Assembly: GCA_037447605.1 (NCBI GenBank) | Contig: CM074816.1 | Coordinates: forward strand, 511,873-575,872 | From: Zygnema circumcarinatum SAG 698-1b | Lineage: Eukaryota > Plantae > Zygnematophyceae | DNA length: 64,000 nucleotides | Direction of reading: 5' to 3' | In this document: positions 1 to 11,334 of the stretch, piece by piece | How positions within the stretch are numbered: the stretch's first letter is position 1 | Layout of the letters: each line of letters begins with the position of its first letter | Translations under genes and position numbers: made by a program | The notes under the pieces: model-generated | What the model was told of the DNA's origin: nothing | Seen by the model: only the letters and a program-made list of their open reading frames with translations | Databases searched by the model: none

Positions 1-902
<902 letters not shown>

Positions 903-1104
903 TTAGGTCCGCATCAACTGAAACCCCCTTCGTTTGCAAACACCGTCACAACTTCGTCAAGACTTTGCAGGGTTTTCGGAAATAAAACTTTTTCAGAGAA
1001 CAGACCGTCTTGCTGTCTTTCAAATGTGCAAAGCCTCTTTCAAATGTACGGAGCGCAACATGAGAGTGCGAGAGAGCCATGGCGCAAGAGAGAGAGAGCA
1101 GCAC

Positions 1105-1362
1105 CTTCAATGTCGTCCATCAGAATGGCTTGGAGAGCCTCAATTTCCATCTCCTGCTCCTGCTCATAGTCTGCTTCATGCCCCCCCACACCACATCGCT
1201 CACATACACCGCATCACCCACTGCATCAAGGATGCTCCTAACATAAAGGCACTATCAAGAGCCAAGAAAATTCCTGAAATCCGCAAACCCTAAAATTCCA
1301 CTAACTTTGTAATACTGCTGCCGTGGATTTTCCACTAAAGGGCCGTGAGGCTCACCTGTCAT
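1105..1362 (-). CDS. RWDD1: RWD domain-containing protein 1 (GIR2-like), first two exons only
   Basis: Exon 1 1362-1356 (ATGACAG|gtgag) plus exon 2 1170-1105 (cag|ACTAT...GAAG|gtgctg) gives MTDYEQEQEMEIEALQAILMDDIE, the conserved plant RWDD1 N-terminus. Exon 3 was not found in the window. Confidence 0.88.
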
Positions 1363-1404
1363 TTTGGAGAAGGCAATGGAAGCTCCTCCCGTGCAGGGCC
1401 AAAA

Positions 1405-1430
1405 TTAGGGTTAGGGTTAGGTTAGGGTTT
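1405..1430. repeat. Short interstitial telomere-like array / telo-box (TTAGGG and TTTAGGG units) in the RWDD1 5' region
   Basis: ttagggttagggttaggttagggttt. Similar arrays at about 1597-1621, 2745-2772 and 4333-4360. Confidence 0.8.
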
Positions 1431-2020
1431 GGGCGAGCGCAGGCGCTGGAGGGCCTTCCAACGCCACGTGGCGGCTGCTCATGCTTCTCCCCTCATCCAT
1501 AGACGCCTTGTGTCCCGTCTACATGCACAGTTCCGTTGAAAGGGACTGTCCGCAGTGTTCGGCAGTACGCTTGACTGGGAGCAGCTGTCAACAAGAAACC
1601 CTAAACCTAATTCTAAACCCTCAGGAGTTTTTGGATTAGATTTGCCCCTCCAAGGGAAAGAGATGATATATTGAACTCACGATGGCAAAGCCATCCAAGG
1701 ACCTCCAAGGTCTTTTTTTACATGTCCCATAATGTCCCTTCGTCTCGCGTTGACCTTGGCCTTTGCTTGATTGTAAGTTGTCGAATATGGAACATGGAAC
1801 AACATGGGACATAGAACTGGAACAACAAGGAACAACATGGGACATGGGACATGGAACATGGAAATGCTGGAAATGTTTGTTCGTTTTCTTAAAGGCTTCC
1901 ATTCCATCGATGGTTTCAAACTCCTCGTCTCTGACTCGTTCTCGAAGTCGACTCTAGTTAGTTGCGTGAGTCGCTCCCTGATAGATAGAAAGTCATTGTA
2001 CGTAAAAATCTTTCATTACA

Positions 2021-2161
2021 ATAGTGCGACACTTCGATCATAGTGCGACACGCATGCGATTCGGGCAAAAAATGAGACGAATTCGGCGCCTCACTGTTGT
2101 GTTCACTGTGCGACATCCACGTCGCATCCAAGTCGCACTATGAACAATACGTCGCACTATG
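2021..2161. repeat. Small foldback (MITE-like) element with nested inverted repeats
   Basis: ATAGTGCGAC at 2021 and 2040 is mirrored by GTCGCACTAT at 2132 and 2151; both pairs are 19 bp apart. No clear target-site duplication. Confidence 0.55.
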
Positions 2162-2507
2162 GATGTTACGCATATTTGAACAATTCATTAACGAATTTCA
2201 GTCGAGCGAATTCCATATTCACAAATAGCCGAATTTTGAGTACTGAATTCGAAGTTCGTGAGATCAATGCCACATCCTTCGCCTTGAATTTTCTTACAAA
2301 CATACCGATAGGGGGCTGCAAATCGGGTCAGTAGGCCGGTGGATCTACCATAGGTCGGCAGATCCCATATAGGTCGGCGCCCTCGGCTCCCATTGGCAGA
2401 TATCCTAAAGTTGTGTACAAATATGTCCATTTGTAGGTCGATGCTACTCCCATAGGTCGGTCATAGGTACGGTCCTACCGCAACGTTCCAAGAACCACCT
2501 CTGCAGC

Positions 2508-2613
2508 TGACGTGTCACCTACCGCCTAAATTTGTCGTTAATAAGTAGGAAGCTTCCACGAATGCGACCTCGCTGACGCAGACTGCCACGTGGCACTGCC
2601 CGTCCCTATATAA
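2508..2613 (+). promoter_or_regulatory. Promoter of the alpha/beta hydrolase: ABRE-like ACGTGTC, palindromic G-box and TATA box
   Basis: TGACGTGTC 2508-2516, TGCCACGTGGCA 2584-2595 and TATATAA 2607-2613, about 190 bp upstream of the ATG at 2800. Confidence 0.6.
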
Positions 2614-2799
2614 GCGCGGCCAGACCCCAACCTGGCCGTCCGCCGCCTCCGTCTTCATTTTCTGAAAGCCTCGCAGCCTTCAGCGGCCTCCTCCTCCGCC
2701 CAACAATACAAGCTTACGTTTCTTGTATTTAATAATCCAGGGCTCAGGGGTTAGGGTTTAGGGTTAGGGTTACAACAGGTTCCAGCACGCGTTTGAGCG

Positions 2800-4725
2800 A
2801 TGGCGTCCCTCGCCCCGGTGTTCAAGCACGGCTCGGTCAAGGTGCGGTCTCCCGCCCATGCCCTCCTCATGCTGCGCCAGGTGCCGCCTCCTCATGATGT
2901 ATTATAGGATGATGGCCATGCTGCCATGAGAGACGTATTTCATGAGGGATTCAATGCCATGAGGGATGCATGTCATGAGCGATGCATGCCAGGGACGCAT
3001 GGACTCATGGGGCGTACCATGCGATCATGCATGAGTGCGTGTTCTTGCAGGACGTGCGCGTGGTTTCGGAGAAGACGGTGGCGGTGGAGGACGGCGGACT
3101 GCCGGGCGGGGCTAAGGGGGAGGCGTCGGAGACCTTTCTGATGGTGCCCGGATTGGGGGATTTCCGGCAGAGCTACCGCTTCCTCGCACCTCTTCTGCAG
3201 GCCGCGGTGAGTTTTCCTTCCATATCAGGTATCAGGGGCTGCAAAAAATCGCTCATTTGATCATATGAAGCCGAGAAACAAGTGCAAGACCCCTTTCTAT
3301 GTATGAGCTTTCTAACATATCTCACAAAAAACTGTTGGGTTTGATCGTGTTTGGAGATATGCAGGGTCATCGAGTGTTGGTCGCAGACCTGCGCGGCCAT
3401 GGCGGGTCCTCCGTAGGCTTCCCCTCTTACACCCCTCTCGATGTAGCCAACGATATTGTGATCATTCTCGACAGCTTCAACATCACAGAGCCCGTCATAC
3501 TTGTCGGTCATTCCCTCTCAGGGTACGGGACTCGAGACAGTTGATCTTACGGCTTAAGGCTGCTGCGTCTTTTCAATGTATTTAGGGTTTCTTATGCTTT
3601 CGTATGTGTAGGAGGGTGCATTCGTAGCCGTTGTGAGCCTAAAAAAACGTCCATAGCAGTCCGTGAAAGTGGGAAATTGGGAAGAAGCTCAAGCATTGCA
3701 AGCTCTTCCAGAACATGCTGTGATGTTGACTGGCTTTCATCCTTTCTTACTTCAAATGACTCAATGCGTTTCGCTGCGCTCGTTTTGACTCTCAGATCAT
3801 CCGTCCTGAAAGTGGCTGCCACGCATCCCGCACGTGTGAAGGCAGTTATTGGTTTGGCACCGGTTGCACGGGACCTCCCACAGGTTCGGCAAATCCATGC
3901 ATGCTGTATAACGTAAAAGAAACTAATGCCTTCACAATTTTTTAAAAAATTAGAAGCAGTCATGATTGCATCTCCACGCGCACATTCGTCCGCTTACAAT
4001 GAGATAAAACCATTCATTGATTCTATTCTGGAAATTTACATTCTGTTTTCAGCATCCCAGAGAGTAATCTTGCTTCGTACGCTTATGATGAGGTTTTGCA
4101 GGATATTTGGTTTCGCCGGCTGAGCTACTTGCTGTTTGTGTGGCCATGGGGAGTCCCTTCCTGGATGACGTTTTACAAATCACTGTTCAAGTCAACTCCT
4201 CCCTCCGACCTCCCAGAATATGCAGCTGCTATGAAAGCATCTCTGCAAGGGCGCGGCCGACTGCGAGCAGTTGCGCAGTTTGCGAGAGGCAGCAAGCAGC
4301 CTTGCTTCGAGGTCAGAGTTCCCCTAAGCCCCAAACCCTAAACCCTAACCCCTAACCCCTACATACTCACTGGCGTTGAGTGCTTATTGTTAGAAGGGTC
4401 CATGAATCTGCCCATGAATGTCTGGTCTTAGATCATGCTTTGAGTGTGTGGTGGTGCATTGGAAGATGACTAACCGCATGCTCCTTTTGTATGTACATGC
4501 AATTTGCAGTCAGCCGCCAAAGTGACCTGTCCTGTGCTGCTCATTCACGGAGAGAAGGACCCTGACTTCGCGAGTCCTCTGAAGGAAGCGCGGGAGGTCG
4601 TCCAACTTTTGACTTCGGCGCGAATCGCAAAGTACGAAATAGTTCCCGACGTGGGCCATTACCCATACGTCGAGCAGCCATGGCTGACCAGTGAACTGAT
4701 GCTTCAATTTTTGAAGGACTTATAG
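2800..4725 (+). CDS. Alpha/beta-fold hydrolase, 6 exons
   Basis: Exons 2800-2841, 3051-3206, 3365-3522, 3796-3883, 4102-4311 and 4510-4725 with GT-AG borders and consistent phases. Motifs PGLGDFRQSYRFLAP, DLRGHG, nucleophile elbow GHSLSG, acid GEKDPDF and GHYP (Ser-Asp-His triad). Confidence 0.9.
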
Positions 4726-5437
4726 TACTCAACAGGTCTATACTGGATTCTTCCTACTCTTATGGAATTAATTTTGTTAACTTGTCATAGGAGCATCGCA
4801 ACTAGGGTGCAGGGTCAAGTGGCCGAGAATGTTAGCTCCACCACTTAATGTACAGGCTACTTATTATCATATAAATTACTTCAAGTGTTAAAGTTTCCCG
4901 CAATTTTCCCCAAGATATAGCAGCATGTTCTCGAAAGCGAAAAAGCATGACGTTTCTTACTTTTGGTTTCTTTGTTTGCAATGTTTCCCTTGACCTTGTG
5001 GTAAGTACATGGAAAATGTTAGCCCTGACCTTCCTGCAAGCTATCTTAATATTCCATCCACTTGCTTTAAATATTCCTGCATGGACAAATGGCTCAACGG
5101 CTATAGATAAAAAGTAAACTTGGACGCAGGTTGACGAATCTTCTAAAGCAATGGCAAAGTTGAGTATCAGAATGAGTTAAGCTCACCAGGACAAATCATC
5201 TTCATCATAAAAAGAAATGACTGCGGCCTTTCATGAAGTTAAATCCACCTACTTTGTGCAAGACAAACATCGCGAAGGAGTCGAAAACGAAAGGGAGCAA
5301 AGACGAGTAAACGGCGACAGAATGGAAAGGGAAGCGGAAGCAGGACGGGGCCCGGGAAGGTAATTAGCGACAGAACCTGCATGCATCCATGCGGCAGCGG
5401 AGGGAGAGAGACAGTGAAATGAGAGGCCAGGCCGAGT

Positions 5438-5438
<1 letters not shown>

Positions 5439-5495
<57 letters not shown>
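5439..5495. repeat. (GA)n microsatellite
   Basis: Pure GA dinucleotide run. Confidence 0.95.
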
Positions 5496-5497
<2 letters not shown>

Positions 5498-5695
5498 GCA
5501 GCGCAGAGAAGACGGAGGCATCCGGTCAGACGCTGACCGTCAGAGAGGCTGCACGCGCGCGCTCCGTATCGAAAATACCGTCCAGGAGATATCAAGGATA
5601 TACCGTTAAAATATCGGACCAAGCCGATATTGAAACTTGGCGCGATGGTGCGAGACTCCGGCGAGAAAAAACGCAACGGCGACGCAGAGTTTGGA

Positions 5696-5975
5696 CCGTT
5701 GGATGTGTCACGTGGTCATAACAAAGGAGGAACCGTTGGATTTGTCACGTGGAAATTTGCAAAGGTTTGACCATGGATATACCACGTGGACTTTTGCAGA
5801 TGTTGAACCGTTGGATATGTCACGTGGATATCACAAAGGTAAGCCGTCGGGTGTGCCACGTGGAAAGTACAAATTGTAAGCCGTTGGATATGACACGTGG
5901 ACATCTGCGAAATTTTTACCGTTGGATGTGCCACGTACAGATTCATACAGATTTGACCGGGATATGGGCCACGGC
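5696..5975. promoter_or_regulatory. Tandem array of 7-8 degenerate units of about 37 bp, each with CCGTTGGAT and a CACGTG G-box
   Basis: Unit starts at 5696, 5733, 5771, 5808, 5844, 5881, 5919 and 5957 (period 36-38). Consensus core CCGTTGGAT-N3-CACGTGG followed by variable A/T-rich linkers. Confidence 0.8.
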
Positions 5976-6116
5976 CATCTGGAAGGCAGCGCCAAGGGAG
6001 CTAAAGGGAGAGTGGGAGGGGGAGGGTTTAGCACTGCCTTGGGAGCTTTGCCTTAGGAGCTCTGCCTCCCTCAGTTCGCCGGACGAGGGTTTTGGGCGGA
6101 GGGGAAGCAGAGGTCC

Positions 6117-9100
6117 ATGGAGGCTGTGCAGGCGGCTGGCGGGAGAGGGGCAGGTCTTGTATTCCAGAGCCTGCCGCGCGGGACCTCTTCTGCTGGCTTC
6201 AGCTTTAAGCTCGCCCCTTTCCTCGCTGGCGAAGGCGAGGCCCTGCGCTTGAGTCCGCGAGGAAACCCTAATTTCGGGAGTGCACAGCTGGGAAGGGCTG
6301 GAGGGGTTCAGAGCAGGGGAGCGGTGGTGTCTGCAGCAGGTGAAGGGCGGCAGCGGCGGCGCAGTCACCAGGAGCTGCTGCTGCGGGAGGGAGAATCTTC
6401 AAGCACGGAAGGTGGCCATGGCGGATTGGAGCTGGAGGATGTCACGTACGGTCATGACGCTTCTGAAGAGGTTGGGTTTGATAGGTGGAGGAGAGGGGAG
6501 GGAGAGGATTTTGAAGTTGGAGCCTTGGGAGAGTCCCAGAGGAGGGGTAACGGGAGGGGTGATGGGGGGAGGAGCGAGGCAGATGATGACGAGAGAGCTT
6601 ATAGGGAGGAGTCGGCAGGTTCGCCAAACCTGAGATGGCGTACTACTGGTGAGAATAGGAGTCTAGATAGGGGCAGGCAGGGAGGAGAGGGCAGGGGATA
6701 TCGGAGGGAATTGCAACAGGTGGAAAGCAGCTCTGCAAGGGCTAATGGTGCTTTTGTCTATTCTTCAAACACGAGGAATGTGAGCATTAGGGAACAAAAT
6801 TCTTATAGAAACAGAGAGGAAGGGAATGGCTTCAGAGGAGAATTGAAGGGAAACGTAGAGCTGGCTGAGCCGGTTGTACGAAGTAAAGAGAGTAAGACTT
6901 TTGTTGAGAGGCAGACGAGCAGGGGGAGGGAGGAAGATAACGATGACGACGATTCTGAGAATGAAGATGAGGCTGACATTCTCGAGAGGGGAGATGTGAG
7001 ATTTGACCTTGGGTGTGAACATTTTCAAAGGTGAGACTGGGAAATGGGAGTTATTCTATAATATGAACCCCCTTTCTTTCTCGTGAAATGCACTAATCTT
7101 GTGACTAGCAAGTTAGATTTTGTTCCTTTTCAATGTAGTTCATCTGGTTGGGTTGAACGAAGCTTCAAGTGTTTGCAAATGATCATCATTGATTAGCTAA
7201 AGCCATTTAATACACGTAACTAATTTGGTCAACGTCCAAATGATTGTAGTTGCTCAGGATGTACATTGGAGCATCGCTTGGATGAACCTCCTGTTCTGAA
7301 TGATGCCCGACGCTTTTTTAAAGGTCAAGGCTTTGATTCGTTCAGGCTGATTACTGGAGACGTGGTGAGACTCAGCGTTTGCCCCTTCCTTTTACTCTAT
7401 TTCTTTTCTGTACCTCTGTTTACAGAATTGGCAGTCGTCATGTTTGCTGATAGCTCATGATGTCAGCACGTTCTGTGGATTAATAATGGAGTCCAGTCAT
7501 GGAGAAATTTTGCAGTGGGAATGGCGTTGCCGGGCCAAATTGGCGGTTCGGGGCACAGCCGAAACTCCGGAGATAGGATTGTTCAATGAAGGCAGTCACA
7601 GAGTGGTGGACATCCCATCCTGTAAAGGTGAGCTGCCTGCCAAGGTCTGTCCATCATGGCATCATGGCGGCATCAGAGAAAGCGAGCAATCTCATTCGCA
7701 TCTTTCGTATAACTGTAACTTCTTAGCAATTTGGTTCGGCATGTAACGAATACTTGTTGCATACACTGTTGGTTTTGCCTCGTCGGAAAAAGCGCAAAGA
7801 TAGCAGCTTGGGTTCAATGGGGGCGGGGTGGTTTTGGGACGGGAGACAGCTCATCACCCAATGCTCAATACCACCGCTCAAATTGTTCGTGAAGGTATTC
7901 TCTTTCCTTGAATGTACAATGCCTTCTCGCTGTGCCCTTGGATTGTGTTCCTCACCTTCCGGCAATATCTAACGCGGAAAAGCAATGGGGAAGGTGTTTT
8001 GACGTGTGCAAAGTTGGATTGTAGTAGGTTTGCACATCTCTGCCTGTCTATCGTCTTCCTTGAATAGCGCCTTTGTCCTGACCCATCCTTTCCTTCCTTG
8101 TCTCCATGACAGCCGTGAAGCATGTTGGCATCCGACCCTACAATGAAGAGACGGGGATGGGCAGTTTGCGGTACATTCAGGTTGGCTGTCTTTTCCTTCT
8201 GCTTCTCTTTCTAATCCCAAAAAGTGCAGTGAGTTTGAAATTCTAACGTAGCAGTCCGTTCGCTGCCGTTATGCAGATGGTGCTCACAACTCATAACACA
8301 GCTCTGCCTGCAGCCCATCGCTACCACCATGGTACGCATCATCTCTGTGTCTTCCTCACTCATGGCTTTCGAATAACTTCTCTTTCAGTTAAATTTCATT
8401 TACTTCCCTATGCTATTTTGTTCTTTTAGAAGCAGTGCGAGTGCAGGTACAGACTATGCAATTCATTGCAACAGTGATTTCTGTTGCTGTCCTGAGGGTC
8501 TGAAAACTTTGGGTCTGCAGGGAAGGTTCAGCTCTCACTCGTGTGGAATGCGAGAGATGAGAAGGCGTTTGAATCGAACCTGCTAAACCCACTGGCCGAG
8601 GTTTGTAAAGCAGAAATTGGTCACTTTACTTTGTTAGGCTGTTTTGATGCAGAGCAAACACAGTTGGGCATCGGAAGCGACTTTAGCTGTCCGCACATGA
8701 GCGAATAATTCAGGAGTTCATATTTTTTACTGGAGTCATCTGCAGGAGATCTGGCGGAGAGGTGGACCAAAATCTTCTACCCCAGTGTTGCATTCTGTGT
8801 GGGCCAATTTTCAGACTACGCGTTCAAATGTAAGGTTGCTACCTGAGAACTTTCTTTGGATCATGAAGTATTTGCTAAAAAAAAAAACTCTTACTCAAAC
8901 TGGGATTGAAGCACTTGTTGGTGTCTCGAGAAGCATTGTAGTCCAGCAAGATTTCGACTTGGAGTTTTCTTTCCCTCTTTTTGACTGTTCTAGGGTAGGT
9001 TCGGCATTGGTGCAAGCGTGATTGCATCCCTCCTACAGAGAAAGAGGAGTAAAGAGGAGGGTAAGAGGAGGAAGGAGGGGAGGAGAGAGTGCTCATGGAG

Positions 9101-11170
9101 GGAGTGTTTGGACAGGTCATCTTTGGAGGCAGATGGCGATGCCTTATTGGAGAGCAGCTGATGTGGCAGCGCATAGGGAGCACTGATGTGGCCTTTACAC
9201 CTGGCAGCTTCGGACAGGCTAACTATAAGGTAGGAGCACCTGCTACCCCTTACAACTAACACCTACCCTTCTTATGTTTAAGAGTGCTGGATATGTCAGT
9301 TTAGAGCAAATTTGAGTGAGACTGTGTCTATAGCTGAGCTGGCAACATTCGATTGGTGGATTTTCGCAGGCTTTTGAAGTCCTCCTTGCTCGTCTGCACC
9401 GGGCTGTGCCACGTGGCAGCTCCGTGACGGAGCTGTATGCAGGGACTGGTGTGATTGGTCTAACGTTGGCGGTATCTCGGAGCTGCAGGTGCACATACTT
9501 TCTCTGAAGTCATGCACTTGTTTTTTTGCAGCTGGAGTGTAAAGCTGGTTGAATTTTTTTAGTTTCGGTGGGATATGTAAAGCAGCGAAAAAAATTGAAA
9601 AAAAAAAAATATTGTGGTTGGAATTCAAAAATTATAGGTTGGTTGAAGAGTCAGGCAATGCTGATTCACTTAAACCCAGAGCGGTTCGCGACAAGAGGTT
9701 GGATGTGGATTGAAGAATTTTGGATGGAGTAGTGAACTGATTAGTCCTTGCCTCGTGGCATGCAGGCGTGTACGCTGTGTGGAGGTGAACAAAGCATGCA
9801 TGGCCCCCTTTGAACAGTCCCTGCAGCGCCTTCCATCCTATGCCGCATCCGTAGTATCATGGCATGGTGCTGATGCATCTACGGTGAGTCTCTCATGCAA
9901 TACACATGACATACATAGACGTGACACTTTCATGAAGCAAAAGCAGAAACACTGCAAATGGTCAACAAGGAGGAGGCTGAGGGGGAAATGGATTTGGCTT
10001 TTCGGGGTTATGCAGACGCCGATTAAGTGGCTGGAAGGTGCGGATGTGGTGGTGGTTGATCCACCACGGAAAGGGTTGGATCCACCTGTGGTTGATGCTT
10101 TGCGGTTGGCGGCTGTGAGGGGGGAGGGGAAAGTGAGACAACCTTCAGCAGCTGCAAAAGAGAGGTGGGGACTGCTCCAAAAACTGGTTAAGCTTATGTT
10201 TCTATTTAAACTGTCTACTCTTATGTTTATGCAAGTTGAATGGGGGTTGGAGGCCTTATAATGAGGAGGCGCATGCATCTGGAGTGGACAATGGAATTTT
10301 GGAGGGTTGGTGAGAGTGTGGTTGTTGTAGAGGCCTTGTGTAGACTGTTTTTATTTGTGTGGATTGGATGAAACAGGGCCGAAAAGAGGCCATGGCTGCT
10401 AAGGGCGGAGGCGAATAAGGTGGGCGGAGGCGTAGCTCATGAGGACGAGGATGACTATGACAGTGTATGGCCAAAGACATTGATCTATGTCAGCTGCGGC
10501 TGGGAAGCTTTCAAAGAGGTGCTTATCTATCTATGTCTACTACAGCAACCTTCATGAGCTAGACATGACTTCAATGTTATGTGTGCATCCTCACTGAATT
10601 CTGGTTATTTTTAAAATTGAATGATCGTAAACGCAAACATTTGTTGGACGGCAATTGGAAATGCTGCAAATACTGTAGATGTATTTGAATGGTCCACTTT
10701 AGTAAATGCAGCGGACCTCTTTACTAAATGTGCTAATGATTTACCATGACCGTATTTTGCATGACACCTCAGGACGCAATAGCACTGACCCGTGATGACG
10801 CGTGGCACCTCTCCAAGGTCTTAGCTGTTCAATTCTTTCCTGGAACAGACAGGTACTCTATTTCTTCATTTGCTCAGCACTCATAGAGTGGTGGAGAGGC
10901 AACTGAACTTAACTGCTCACTCTTGTTGATAGGAGAAGAGCGAGAGAGAGAGAGAGAGAGCGGAGAGAGCGTCTTTTCATGTTCTCTAAATGCAGCAGCC
11001 CTTCACAGCCCCTTGGTAAAGTGTCATCAGGTCACATGAACAATGGCTGAACTGACTCCTTCCCTATTGGGTGCAGTATTGAGACATTGGCTGTTTTCAA
11101 GCGCGGCAAGAAGCCTCGAGAAAAGAATAAGAAAGCGATTCCTGGGAAGGTGAGAAGAAAGTGGAATTGA
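6117..11170 (+). CDS. TrmA/RlmD-family RNA (uracil-5)-methyltransferase, plant At3g27180-like, with a long N-terminal extension
   Basis: Exon peptides GCEHFQ, WEWRCRAKLAVRG...IGLFNEGSHRVVDIPSCK, HHPMLN, LRYIQ, HSVWANFQT, ELYAGTGVIGL, VVVVDPPRKGLD, YVSCGWEAFK, FFPGTD and IETLAVFKR; stop TGA at 11168-11170. Confidence 0.88.
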
Positions 11171-11334
11171 GGGCAGCCCGGAAATAATTTGCGGAGGAAA
11201 GAAGCTTATTGTTATTGCAAGTGAAGGTAGAGGTGAAAGTCATCATGATGGAATCATACTCCTCACTGTGTCAAACAGTGGGCTATAATGTATAAAATAC
11301 CTTTTCCACTTCAAAATTCAAGTTATTCATCATA

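Noticed and set aside
5696-5975. CRISPR-like repeat-spacer appearance (also at 53394-53512)
   Set aside because: Eukaryotic context, degenerate repeats, short related linkers and no cas genes.
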